This document shows, one piece after another, positions 13,030 through 28,800 of a DNA stretch of 64,000 nucleotides. Under the pieces are notes generated by a model that saw only the letters and a list, made by a program, of their open reading frames with translations, searched no databases and was not told the origin of the DNA. Made by a program: the position numbers and the translations under genes. This stretch comes from Podarcis muralis (lineage: Eukaryota), in contig NC_135672.1 in NCBI RefSeq assembly GCF_964188315.1, positions 13,640,001-13,704,000 on the forward strand. The letters run 5' to 3'. Position 1 is the stretch's first letter; each line of letters opens with the position of its first letter.

Positions 13030-14186
13030 GTTGTTGTTGTTATTATTATTATTATATTAACAATGTATTTTTTTATTGTGCAATGTCTCTTTTTTTCCAA
13101 GTTACATTTTCTACACCTGACAAATGATAGGGGGACCCACAAGCTTCCTCAAGCCTGGAGTCAACCTCAGATTCATTCCTATGGTGGGATGTGTGCACAC
13201 GGACCCTTGTGAACGCAATGACTCTGGAGTCACTCTGAATTGACCCCGGAGCCAGAAGGCGGCTAGTCCAGAGCCCCCCCATCGAACCCAGCAGCCAGCC
13301 AGCCAGCCAGCGGGACCTCGATTGCTGCAAACAGGACTAATCTGCAGCCTGTGTTAACGCAGCTCATTCGTTACTATTATCAACTTTAATTACTTTCAAG
13401 TTTATACGCCCTTTAAAGTGACCCTGGATTATGTTTAAGTTTATATATGGCCTTCAAATTGGCCCTGGATAAGGACTGCGCCCAAAGGCAAGCAGGGGCT
13501 CTCATCCGGCACCAAAACGGCAGAATCCAGAGTCACTCCGAATTGACCCAAGGATTTGTCCGGGGGGGGGGGGGTTGCCCTTCCTCACATCACCCCCCCC
13601 CCCCGATGCATCGCACAGCATGAACAGAGCCTCTGGTCCCTCTCAGGGCAAAACCTGGTCCCCACCCCCAAACGCGCTTCGGTTGGTGTGAACCGGGCTA
13701 ATCTGGAGTCACTCCGAATTGACCCAAGGATTTGTGCTCTCTGTGTGTGTGTGTGTGTGTGTGTGTGTTGGGGGTCCTTCACCACATTGCCCAGCGTGAA
13801 CAGAGCCTCTCGTCTGACTCGGGGCAAAAGCTGACCCAACCCCCCACTCCCACTGGCGTGAATGGGGCTAATCCGGAGTCACTCCGAATTGACACCCCTC
13901 CCCCTCCATGCGTGCGCTTCGCGGGGTTCTTTCTCTCCCCTCCGCCTTCATCGAGGGCCCATTTGCTGTCTCGGGGCCAAACTCGCTCCGCTTCGTGTGA
14001 ACGCGGCTAATCCGGAGTGACTCCGGAGTCGCTCCGGGAGGGGGGCGAGCGGCTCCCCGCCCTCCGGCGCCTCCCCCCGTCCGCCCGAGCCGCCGCCTCC
14101 TCACCGAGAATGGCCCCGAGGCGCGTCGTGAGCCAAGTTTTCCGGCCGCAGTCGGTGCCCTCAGGGATGTCCCAGTAGTCAGCCAT
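9368..14186 (-). CDS. NDUFA11: NADH:ubiquinone oxidoreductase subunit A11 (136 aa, 4 exons)
   Basis: Exons 14105-14186, 12349-12441, 11613-11735, 9368-9480, all GT-AG and phase-consistent (411 nt). Translation MADYWDIPEGTDCGRKTWLTT...[53 protein letters not shown]...KIGKKEGWRWLGPPEL* matches the known family; head-to-head with VMAC as in human. Confidence 0.95.
9585..10080. mobile_element. Cluster of short palindromic non-autonomous elements (GGGACTACAACTCCCATCATCCC...GGGATGATGGGAATTGTAGTCCC)
   Basis: About 4-5 tandem hairpin units in NDUFA11 intron 3; related pieces at ~24060-24110 and ~59350-59610. Confidence 0.6.
13226..14035. repeat. Degenerate ~140-175 bp tandem repeat in NDUFA11 intron 1 with core GGAGTCACTCC(GAATTGAC)
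   Basis: Core at 13226, 13529, 13705, 13875, 14014 and 14025. Confidence 0.8.
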
Positions 14187-14503
14187 CTTGGCGGCGGCCG
14201 GTCTCGCGAGACTCCGGCGGGCTCACTTCTCGCAGCGGGGCGGGACCAATGTCCGCTGCGGAAAGCGGGACGGATGCAGGGGCCGGCCAATGAAAGGCGG
14301 CGGGTGGGCGGAAGACGCTTCCGCCCTTCTGATTGGGAGGTCGACGCTCCAGTTCCTCCCCCTCGGCGGAAGGCCATTGGCTGCGCCTCCGAGCGGCTCC
14401 CTCGCTTCCGCCCGGGACGTGGCTTCTTCTCCATTGGGCTCCCCGAGGCCGGGGGCGAGGCGCCATTGGGCGAGGGCGGGGCGGGGGCGGGTCTTCCGGG
14501 GCG
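14187..14503. promoter_or_regulatory. Bidirectional CpG-island promoter NDUFA11/VMAC
   Basis: 317 bp between divergent ATGs; palindrome GTCTCGCGAGAC 14201-14212; YY1-type AAGATGGC over the NDUFA11 ATG; several CCAAT/ATTGG boxes and GC boxes. Confidence 0.85.
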
Positions 14504-15790
14504 ATGGCGGCCTCCTCTCCTGCCGCTTGGGCTCCTCCGACGCCGGTGCAGATCCGGGAGGCCAACGCGCACCTGGCGGCGCTGCACGGGCGCGTGGCCG
14601 AGCTGGAGGCGCGCCTGGCCGCCGCCGAGGAGACCGTGCGGGGCCAGGCCGGCAGCCTCATCCGGAAGGACGCCGAGACCCGCCGGGCCCTGGAGGAGGC
14701 CGGGCGACAGAAGGGGAGGTAGGAGGGGGAGAGGGAGGGAGAGGGGGGGGGGACCTTGAGGACTAGCGCCTGGGCGGGTCAGGGAGGAGAAGGGCAGGGA
14801 GATGGATGGTGAGGACCAGCGCCTTGGGAAGTAAAGAAGCCAAGGGTCAGGGCTGTGAGGACTAGCACCTTGCGGGGTAGAAGACCAGAGTTGAAGGGCC
14901 ATGAGGACTAGCGCCTTGGCAGGGAGACGGACCTGGAGGGAGGACTAGTGCTTTGGGTGGAGAAGAAGAAAAGGCAAAGGAGCAGGGAGATGGATGGTGA
15001 GGACTAGCGCCTTGGGGAGTCAAGAAGACAATGGGAAGGGTTCTAGCGCCTTGGGCTGCGAAGGAGGAAAGAGGCAGGGCAGGTAGGCAGCCATGAGGAC
15101 TAGCACATTGGCGGGGGAAGGAGAAGGGCAGGGAGATGCCTCATGAGGACTAGCGCCTTGGGGAGTAAAGGAGCCAAGCCGAAGGGCCGTTAGGACTAGT
15201 GCCTTTCGCAGAGGAGGAGGGCAGGAGCGTCCCTTCCTTCCTTCCTCTTCTCCCTCCCCACAAAAATGGGGGGCTGTCAGAAGGCTCCCCTTTGGGAAAC
15301 ATTTGCCCCCTTTTTCGAGAGAGAGGCAGGGTGGGAAGAAAGAGGACCGGCAGCCGGAGCCTCTTGCGTTTTGAAGACGAAACGTTGAGGACTAGCGCCT
15401 TCATCCCCGCACCGTCCAACCTCACTGCCGCTTTCTCTCCTCTTTTCTCCCCCTGCACGAAAAAGGGAGATCGCCGCCCTGGAGGAGCAGCTCCGCTCGT
15501 CCGAAGAGCGTGTGCAGGAGCTCCTGGGCCTCATCCGGGAGAAGGACGGCCTGATCCTGCGCCTCCGCCACCGCAGCCGCCTGCTGGGCGAGATCTGCCG
15601 CTGCCGGCCCGTGCTGGACACCCTCCTGGCCCAGATGTCCGAAGGGGAGAGGCTGGGGCCCGACAGCGGAGACGACTCCCCGGACGGCCTCTTGCCGGAC
15701 TCAAACTGCGTCCCGGACGGCGCCAGGGACTTCTCCCTGGGCAGCGACCCCCAGGATTCGGACATGGCGCTTTTTGGGACGACGGTCTGA
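14504..15790 (+). CDS. VMAC: Vimentin-type intermediate filament-associated coiled-coil protein (179 aa, 2 exons)
   Basis: Exons 14504-14718 and 15466-15790. [24 protein letters not shown] and C-terminal FGTTV* match VMAC; located between NDUFA11 and CAPS. Confidence 0.92.
14758..15207 (+). repeat. Spaced motif array GAGGACTAGCGCCTTGG (~10 copies) in the VMAC intron
   Basis: Copies at about 14758, 14811, 14857, 14903, 14940, 14999, 15042, 15095, 15145 and 15191; outliers at ~15387 and ~15915. Confidence 0.8.
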
Positions 15791-17904
15791 GCGTGGGTGC
15801 AAGTCGCTGTTGGGGGTCCGGAGTTGGCGGCGGCGGCCCCTGTTGAAGGCGGACATTTTGGAATTCTTTGCCCCCTCCTGGCATCACCAGTTCGCCCTCA
15901 GGACAATTTGCTTGAGGACTAGCGACTTGACTTCTCTCTTTGACGGCAGCTGAATGAGCGTTCCTGGAAAGCGGGGGGTTTGGGGAAGCCTGCAGGATCA
16001 GGCCAAGCAGGGGGCCCATCTTGCAGCCTGTTCTCACAGGATGTGGGGCGGTTGGGAAGCCCGGATCCGAGTGCGAATGCTGGCGATTCAGAAGCGTCGC
16101 CGCCTCTGTCCCCGGAAGCAGAGCAGAGTCGTTCCTGGCTTAGGAGCCATATAGATAGCCCTCTTCTCCCCTTCCAGGGATTTGCCCTGTCCTCTGTTTG
16201 AAGCCATCCAGACTGCGGGGTCTCTCCTGTGGCAGCGAGTTCCGCAGGTTAACCGGGCTGCTTTTGTGTATTTCTCAGCAGCCGCGACTCACGAGGGGCA
16301 GAGCGCAATAATTCTGGGGTGCTCTGGATGGAGATAGGGAGAATTTCAGTGGGTGGGGGGCCTGATTCTGCACCACCAACACCAAATATTTTAAAGGGAA
16401 GCTGCCTTTCGTGGAATTTAATCTGGGACTGACTGTGACTTCCCCTCTCTGCATCTAGAGGAACCTTGCCGTTCTGCGGGTCGGAAGGGAGCCCTTGGTG
16501 GGGTCATCTAGTCCAACCCCCTGCGACGCAGGGATCGTTTGCTCGAACTCGCAACCCCGAGAGTCTCATGAGCCAGAAATACAGGAATCTGATCTTGCTG
16601 TGCGCCAATTTTCCTGGCCTGGGTGGGGGGCCGTTACAGTCCCTGCGGCAGCTCTCCCCCCCCCCCCCCTCTACCTCAGATAAGTGCAGGCCACAAGGTC
16701 AGAACACCTGCCTGGCATGCAGAAGGAGCCCAGGGCGCCTGTTTAAAAAGGACTGGAGAAAGCTAGTTCCTTAGGTTCCTCTCGCAGCCTTCATTGGGAA
16801 CCATGAGGTCTGGAAGCTTGGTTTTAGTTTTAAAAAGAGGCTGCTGGGAGCGCGTGCCCTGCATGCAGAACGTCCCAGGCTCAGCCCCTTCCAACTCGAT
16901 GCAAGGCCATTTCACGTGTCCCGATTTGAACCAGCGAGACCATGAGATCTGGAAACTTGTTTTTCAAGTTTGTGCCAGGCGTCTGGCATCAGTGCAGCAT
17001 TCTAGATTCCTATTCACATTAATGGGAGATAATGTTCCTTTTTCCCCAACGACGTGTCTTAACAGGAAAGAAGGGCCTCCAATTGGCCCTTCGCTTCCGA
17101 ACAATGAAGACTAGCCTCCTGCTTCGTTTTTTTAAGGACGTGAAGGGCTCCCGGCCTCCTGCTGCCGGTCCGTGCTGGCAATACTGACTTGGATGGTAGT
17201 GGCTTCTCTTCCCTTGGCCATCTGTCAGGGATTCTTTCACTTCCATTCCTGCAATGCCCAGGGGGTTGGGCTAGATGACCACTGGGTGCAACCTTCCAAC
17301 TTCCTTCCTTTGATGCCTCCATTTCTGTTTTTTGTACCCATTTCCTTGACTTACTCCTCAACCCAGAGCTTGAGAGACAGACTGTGTTCTTAAGGAATTA
17401 TGAGCGCAGAATCAGTCCCATTTCCGCTCCACGACTGTTACCACATTGACAGGTCAACCTTTAGCCTGGCTTCACCTTCAAGTGCCTATAATTGGGGGAT
17501 TTTGTTACACCAGAAACCTCTATTTAAAACCGTTCTTCTCTTAGAGCCAAATAATAAACCTATTTTGCTATACTCAGAATCTGTGTGCTTTGTGAGTCTT
17601 TGTTCCTTGCCGATTTCAGCCTCGTTTTCAGGAGCGAAGTTGGGTTTTTTCCTCTAGCAAAAAGCACCCAGCTGTTTGGGGGTGTCTGTGCCGCTGGTCA
17701 ACTGGGGGGGGGGCTTCTTTTGCCACAGTCCCCGAGTGCCGCCCCCAAATTGTGGGTCTGGAAAGCAAGCCTGATGAGGAACAGTTGAAGGAGCTGGGAG
17801 GAGATAGGAGAGCCATCTTCAAATATATCGCATGACACCTTTGGTCAAGGCTGTTCTCCAGCTGGAGTGCTCGCAGGCCAGTGTTTCCCAATTGTCGGTG
17901 TTTA

Positions 17905-18425
17905 TACTACATTTTAAAAGATTTGCCTTGAGAGAGTCTTTGAACCTCTTTTGTTGACCACCAGCATTACGCTTTCCATTTTTAAGTTCAGAATAGAGTA
18001 GTCACTTTGGAAGACGATCATCAGGCATCCGCACAACATGACCAGTCCAGCAAAGTTGATGTTGACGAATCGTCGCTTCGACACTGGGGATCTTTGCTTC
18101 TTCCAGTACATTGATATTAGTTCACCTGTCTTCCCAAGTGATGTGTACAATTTTTTCGGAGACACCATTGATGGAATCTTTCGAGAAGATGGAGATGGCC
18201 TTTATAAGTGGTCCATGTTTCACAAGCGTACAGTAATGTTGGTAGTACAATAGCTTTGCAAACAAGCATTTTGGTTTCCCTGTGCCGGTCCTCAAACACT
18301 CTGCGCTTCAATTGGGAGAAAGCTGCACTCGCAGAGCTCAGGCCGTGCTGGATTTTGGCATCAATGTCGGCCCTTGTAGAAAGATAACTGCCCAGGTAGG
18401 AGACGTGACCAACACTTTCCAACGT
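17905..18425 (-). mobile_element. RTE-clade LINE fragment (C-terminal region of the RT ORF, frameshifted)
   Basis: ORF 18117-18422 reads YLGSYLS...ASAAFSQLKRRVF...KAIVLPTLLYACETWT...LERFHQWCLRK, typical of the RTE ORF tail. Confidence 0.8.
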
Positions 18426-18722
18426 TACACCACTGAGTTGAATGCCCCCCTAGGGGTCATCTAGATCAACCCCCTGCAATGCCTGGGGCTCAGCGTGGCC
18501 ACCTTGAAATTGCACGTCGCCCCTTCTGTGCCACCCCACAAATTATTATTTTTCCCTGGCCCTGCAAGAGCCACCAGGATCCTCGAGGGCTCCCAACCCA
18601 ACGTGGCACACTCTCATTTTATTTTTTTACGTGGCAGGCTGGACTCCCTTGCTCTGCCAATTGCCGTGCCTGCCTGCCAGGCCTTCCCTTGGGCTGCCAG
18701 CCCGGCCCCGAAGGCGCCTCCT

Positions 18723-18849
18723 GGCAACCGGGGGATATTGCTATGGAGACGTCTGCCAGCAAACTCAGGATCGCCGCCAGCTCTGTGCAAGGAAGTTTGC
18801 CAGGCAGAGCTCAGACGCCACCAGGAAGCAGAAGACGAAACACACCCAG
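18723..18849 (+). promoter_or_regulatory. CAPS: Putative CAPS first exon with RFX X-box-like site
   Basis: ATTGCTATGGAGAC at 18737-18750 plus GGCAAC half-site at 18723-18728; donor CAG|GTAGGT after 18849; next acceptor at 19823. Confidence 0.5.
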
Positions 18850-19844
18850 GTAGGTTTGGCAAAGAAACAATAATAATGTCCTTTTAACGGCTTTCTCTAA
18901 ACTGCTCCCAATAGTCCCGTGGAAATTAAAGGGGTTTTAGTACTTCACCCTGCATGTTAGAAGCAGGGTTTTGCCTCATCCTGGCAGCAAAGTCCAGGAG
19001 AGCACTCTGTACGAGGCCAGAGGCCTTTTGCAACGTCCTCCCGTCTCCCCTGGGTCTTGGGATGCTGTGGCCGGTTCAATCTCAGCCGAGGGAAGTCTGG
19101 AATTTAATTCCCCAAAGAGCCAAGGAGGGAGGTTTAAGTGGAGGCTGCAAAACCAAGGCGAGGTTGAGCCCCGTCCAAGAGGCAATTCCGGGTCGTGGTC
19201 CAAGACGGATTTCGGAGGAGCGGCGAAGGAAGGCGGACGTGGTTTGGGAAGGAGGGAGCTGGCGGACGGGAGTTTCCCAACATCCTGGAGGCTCCAGAGG
19301 GGGGCCAAATTCTCTTTTAATTTTTATCTACAATACTGCCTTGTTTATAGTGCAGCACATTGATTCCTGCTTCCGTTTTATGGATCGATGGTCTCGTTAG
19401 ATAGTAAAATTCACGCTAAATTGCAGTTTTAGGGGTTGCTTTTAAGAGTCTGGAACGGATTAATCCGTTTTGCATTCCTGTCCATGGGAAAGCAGCGCGC
19501 CTCGGTTTTGGAATGGACTTCTGGAACGGATTAAGTCTGAAAACCAAGGGACCACGGTATTCTTAAATACTCAGGCCTCCTAGACAGCACCTTAACCACA
19601 GCTGATGGCAGCGAAGGTGTTTTGGGGACCATTTGCTCCCGAGCAATGCAGAGGGTTGGGCTGGATGACCCTTAGGGTCCCCTCCCAACTGATTATGCCA
19701 GAAAATTTGGTGGGCCCACAATGACTGAACATGGGGTTCATTCATTACAACACATTTGAGCAGGGCGACAGGGAAGAGGGCGAGGGGCCCGATCCACCCT
19801 GGGTGTCTTTTTCCCTCCGCAGATTCCCCGGCGCAGAGGTCAAA

Positions 19845-23171
<3,327 letters not shown>

Positions 23172-25882
23172 CGAGAAGGGAAGAAAAACCCAGCCAAGCA
23201 AGCAAGGACTTATCGTTACAAGTTTTGTCTCTTTTTTTTAATGTAATTTCCAAATACATCTGATATGACAATTGTACAGAATTCTTCCAAAACACAGGGG
23301 GCGTTGTCTGAGTCTTTTGCTTTTTTTGGGGGGGGGGGAATCGTATTTTGCTTTTTTCCCAACTAGTTGGGCTCGAAGTGGGCAGGCGCCGGGGGGAGCG
23401 TTGAAAACGGGGGGGAAAGGAAGGGAAAAGTTTCAACGCAGCAGCCTTGTCTCTGGCCCAGCCAACCTTCCTCCATCCCTGGGGAGAGGAATAAGGGGGC
23501 CATAATAAAACGCAGGGCCAGGGAGGGGGGACAGAAAAGGGGGGGGGGGAAAACGGGTGTTTTCTGACCGGCTATAGTATGCACAGGAAACGAGAGACGA
23601 GAAATTATTTTAAAAATTCCATCTTCCCGTCCACCCTCTCCTCTTCTTTCGCCACAAGTGACCTGTGTCCGGCTCCAAACCACATCCATAAATAGCTGCC
23701 AGATATATATATATATGTGTATAATTTCTTTCCGCCCCCCCCTGAAAGGATGAACTCTGCGGGAGGAAAACTGTTTAAACACATTCAATGCAACGTTAAC
23801 CATTGGAACCATTCGAGCTCTGCCCTCTTGCGAACCTTTTCGCACATGCGGGACCCAAACGGGGGAGCCCTCAGCCCCATTGCCACGCCTGCGTAAACGC
23901 ACATTTTGCGAGTCTCTCTCTTTCTCATGTTGTCGCTCTTCGGAGAGGCAGAAACGGCCTGCGCTGGAGGAGCCGTCCTGCCATGGGGGACAGGAGCTGG
24001 GGCTGCCTCGGCTTGAGGGGCAAGAGCGCCCTTTGGCCTTCTGGGCATTGCTGAACTAGAACTCCCGCCTTCCCGGACTAGCTGGGAGTCGTAGTTCAGC
24101 CGCACCAAGGCTGCCCACCAGACACGGCCCTGTTGGTTTGGGAACTGTGGGCCCAGCAGAGGTAGGGGCTTGCTTTTCCAACCGTTCTCCGTGGATCGGT
24201 GTGTCTCCCCCCCCCCCCCGTCTTCTTGCCAGGCGTTTCATAGGGAGCAAGGGGGCGTCCCCACAAAGCCCGCTTGCGCCCCCGTCCAGAACCTGAAGGG
24301 TGCGATGTCTGGTTCCCGGCCACATACACTTTGAGGCTGCCTTTGTTTTACCCCGGAGGCATCTTCGCTACCCACTAGAAATCCAGAAAATGACAGAGCG
24401 GCCCTTCTTTGGCTGGCAAAAAACCACAGGGGCAGGGAATACGACCCCACCCCCTGCCCCGTCCTAAAGATGGCGATTCCAGGGCACGTTCCGATTTTTA
24501 AAGTAATAATAATTATAATAATAATAACACACAGCAGAAGGTTTTTACCAAGCCAGAAAAGAAATAAACACACAGACCCAAAACCCCAGGTCGGCTGATC
24601 GAGGGGAAAGGCGCTTGGGGCGGGTATCTCTTTTCTCTCTTTGCGTGCCCAGCAGATATTCCCGGATCAGGCGGGGCGGGGGGAGCAAATCAAAGCCCCC
24701 TTCTCACCCTCCAAATCGGCTGTTTGGCGCCGTGACAAGACCAGGAGGAAATTTGGGGGGGGTGGGGGAATTTGCTAGGAAGGAAAAACCAACACACACA
24801 CTCAAGCCGACAGACACATTGGCGCCAGTTATATATATATGTGTGTGTGCTAATATATATATATGGCTTTGCTTGTCTTAAATAAGAACAGAAAAGAAGG
24901 CCCCCCCCCCAATTTGCTCAACGCACAAGAGAGATGGAGGATCTGGTTCAAAACTGGGGGGCTGCCTTTCAAGGAGAAGTTTCTGCCACGACTGACGCCA
25001 GGCAAACCAGTAGTAATAACAACAACAACAAACCGGAGGCAGGAATCGGCCTGGTGAGATGTAACTGGGGGGAAAGGGAGTTTAAAAAGAACACCCCCCC
25101 CCCAAAAAATTAGCAAAGCGTCTCTGCGCATCAGCCACGATTGGGTGGATGTTTGGGGCGAGGCGAGGAAGGAGAAAACACGACAAGAGATGTCCGTCGG
25201 ACGAGAGACGGGAGCAAAAGGTTCTTCTGCTGGGGCGAGTGTTTTTTTTCTAAAAAAAAGAGGAAAAATGGCAAATTGGGGTGGGGGAGAAGAGAGTCTT
25301 CCGTGTGGAATCCGGCAGGGATGGCGGTCGGAGGAGGGATTCGTCTGCGGCGCAGGCCTGGAGGGCTACCGGAGAGGAGAATCGGGAGGTATCCCCGTGG
25401 GCAAGTCGTGGCAAGTCTCAAGGTGCCTCCCCCCCCCCTCAAATATTCGCCAAGTGTGGAGAGAGGGGGGGCAGAGAGAGGAAGGGAGGAAAAGGGGATT
25501 CCTCTCTTCCCGGGGCTCATCAATATGATGAGCATTTTATTTCTCTTTTTGTACATGTCCCAAAACCACATTCAGCCTGTTTTGTCCAAAGTCCGCTGCG
25601 TTTTCTCGTTTTAATATGGAATCGACAGATCAGCCCCCCTGCCCCGCCCCCCCAAAAGTCCAACGCACGATGGGGGAGGAAGGGGGGAAAGAAAAAAAAG
25701 AACAAAAAACCAGAACTGGGATGTGCAGAGTTCGTCAATCTCGAGCGCTTCCGTCGCTGCCCGAAGCAAGAGCTGGTCGGAGGGAGGGCGTCCCTCCCCG
25801 CCCCGCAAGAGGGGGGTCTGCAAAGAGGGCGGTGGTGTCGGCGGGGGGCGGCGGCTCTTGCCGGCGGCGCGGATCGCGGCTG

Positions 25883-28800
25883 CTATGTGCCGCCCGTCGT
25901 CTGGCCGTCCCCTTCGTTGGTGGGACCTGCGGGTGGGGGGGGAGAGAAGGAGGCGCTGCTAAACCGGCCGCTGGGCTCACCTAGGGAGACCAGAGCGCGG
26001 CTCCAGGCGACTAATTTCCCCCGCCAAATAAATCCAAATGACATGCAAATAAAAAAATAAAACCCATGAAATATGACAATGGACAACCCCCCATATAAGC
26101 GCCCCCAAGGGCTCGCTGCGAAGCCGGCACACAAAGCGGCAAAAATGGTCTTAAGAGAACATGAAAATGGAACAAAAACCGCAACAGAAAAGCCTTGCAC
26201 AGATCTTTGAGGGTTGTGGAAAATTGGTAGGTGGAGCAAGGTTGGGAGGGAGCAATTATGGTGGATGTTTGGCTTTTTAAAAAGTAATAATAATAATAGT
26301 ATTATAATAATTTTAGGGACGCGGGTGGCGCTGTGGGTAAAAGCCTCAGCGCCTGGGGCTTGCCGATCGAAAGGCCGGCGGTTCGAATCCCCACGGTGGG
26401 GTGCGCTCCCATTGCTCGGTCCCAGCGCCTGCCAACCTAGCAGTTCGAAAGCACCTCCAGGTGCAAGTAGATAAATAGGGACCGCTTACTGGCGGGAAGG
26501 TAAACGGCGTTTCCGTGTGCTGCGCTGGCTCGCCAGAGCAGCGATGTCACGCTGGCCACGTGACCCGGAAGTGTCTCCGGACAGCGCTGGCCCCCGGCCT
26601 CTTGAGTGAGATGGGTGCACAACCCTAGAGTCTGTCAAGACTGGCCCGTACGGGCAGGGGTACCTTTACCTTTACCTATTATAATAATTTATTCTTTATA
26701 CCCTGCCCATCTGGCTGGTTTCCCCAGCCACTCTGGGCGGCTTCCAACAAAGGGTTGAAAAGACATTAAAACATCAGCCAGATTGGCAGGGTAGAAATAA
26801 TAAAAAATAATAATAACATTCCCACACACTCCCTTTGATTATCTCCCTTTCAACCGCACCGCCCCCCAAACCCCATTCCTTGCAAATCCTCAAACCTCCT
26901 CTGCCGTTAGTAAAGCCCCTGGTCTAGGAAACTGAAAATGCAACGCCGAAAAACGTGGGAGATTGTTAAGGCCCCTGGAAAGGGGAGCCCTCGCTCACCA
27001 CTTCCGGGCGACCCCGAGGGGGCGAGGACGTCGTCGTCGCTGTCTTCCTCGTTGGACTGGGTCACTTCGGGCTCCGGCGCCGTGCTGCTTGCTTCCTGCT
27101 CCTGCTCCACCCGACTCCGCAAGGCCAGGATCCGGTGGTGCAAGGCCGCGTAGAGCTGCCCCGTGTCTTTGGAGCTGGCCTGCGGGGCAAAGAAGGGCTC
27201 GCTCTCAAAAGCGGGTGGGGGGACCCCTTCACTCTTCCCCCCTGCTTCTTCTTCCTAATGTAACCCTAATGCAGGAGTAGGCAAACGTAAGGCCCGGGGG
27301 CCGGATCTGACCCAGTCGCCTTCTCAATCTGGCCCTCGGACGGTCCTGGAATCAGCGTGTTTTTACATGTGTGCTTTTATTTAAAATGCATCCCTGGGTT
27401 GTGGGGCATAGGAAAATTGGGCGTATATATTTTAAAGAATTTCAATTTTTGCACGATTTAGGCTAATGCAATTTCTGCGTCAGTTTAGGGGGGAAAGTAT
27501 GAGACATGCGTATATCCCGCCTCCTTACCGATATAAGGAAGACCTTGACTCCTTGGTCCTCTGTGTCCATCGCTGTGATTCGGATGCTTTTTTCGCTGGC
27601 TTTGTCAATCTGCATCTGAGCCCACAGTTTGGTGTTCAGGATTAGCCGAAGGCTGCCTTGCGTTCTCATCACTGAGGAGAGAGAGAGAGAGATTTCAAAA
27701 GAGCAGCAAGCATTTTATTTTGGATCACTGCGTCTCCAGCCCCATCAGCCCGGACACCGGGGTCCTCCTCCCAAGGGCCTTCTGGCGGTTCCCTCCCTGA
27801 GAGAAGCGAGGTTACAGAGAACCAGGCAGAGGGCCTTCTCGGTGGTGGCGCCCTCCCATCAGATGTCAAGGAAATAAACAACTACCTGACTTTTAGAAGA
27901 CATCTGAAGGCGGCCCTGTTTAGGGAAGATTTTAATGTTTGGTGTTTAATTCTGTTTTTAATCTGTTGGGAGCCGCCCAGAGTGGCTGGGCGAACCCAGC
28001 TGGATGGGCAGGGTATAAATAATAAATTATTATTACCATTATTAACAACAAAATGACTTTCAGAAGACATCTGAAGGCAGCCCTGTTTAGGGAGGTTTTT
28101 AATGTTTGATGTTTTATCGTGTTTTTAATGTTCTGTTGGGAGCCGCCCAGAGTGTCTGGGGAAACCCAGCCAGATGGGTGGGGTATAAACTTTATTATCC
28201 TTATCATTACTGCATCATCTTGCTGTCAGAAAGCTCCTCCTCGTTTCCGTCGGAATCAGTGGCATATGAATATCTTTCTAAGGAAGTGGTCTATCTCCTC
28301 TGAGGGTCCTGCTCAGCCCCAACGACCGGCTTGCCTTTGCAACGCATCCCCTGGCAGACCCTTCCCCGGCTGCGGCCCCCAGTTCCCGGGCTCTTCCTCT
28401 TTGCCCCTGCTCTTACCAAGGCGCGACTGTAGCGTCCCGTCGTCTGTGGAAGCCATGTCGTTGAGCCTCAGGAGTCCCCGGCCTCTTTCGACCCAAGACT
28501 GGGAGTTCTTATCAAAGACAAACAACTTGCATTGTATCTGCAACAGAGGAAAGGGGCTGAAGGACGTTAGCAGCGAAGGCAGCAGAGATCGAAAGCTGAA
28601 GGAGGAAAGACCGCCGTTCCCTGCAAAGCCCTGCGAACAGGAACTCCAGGACGGGCCCAGCGCAGAAGGCGGAGGTGGCAGCAAGGAGCGTCTGCGGGAA
28701 AAGGAAACTGGAGCATGCGCAGAGCGCCGGGACTGGCGTGAAGGAGGCTGCGGGGGGAACTGGGGCCGCCAGTCAACAAGGTGCAAACCAAGAATGACAA

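Noticed and set aside
13868-14902. 344 aa minus-strand ORF
   Set aside because: Antisense to VMAC exon 1 and the GC-rich promoter; the true NDUFA11 frame is different.
26316-26400. tRNA gene-like A/B boxes (also at other SINE heads and ~16850, ~54200)
   Set aside because: tRNA-derived SINE heads continuing into SINE bodies; no complete cloverleaf seen.
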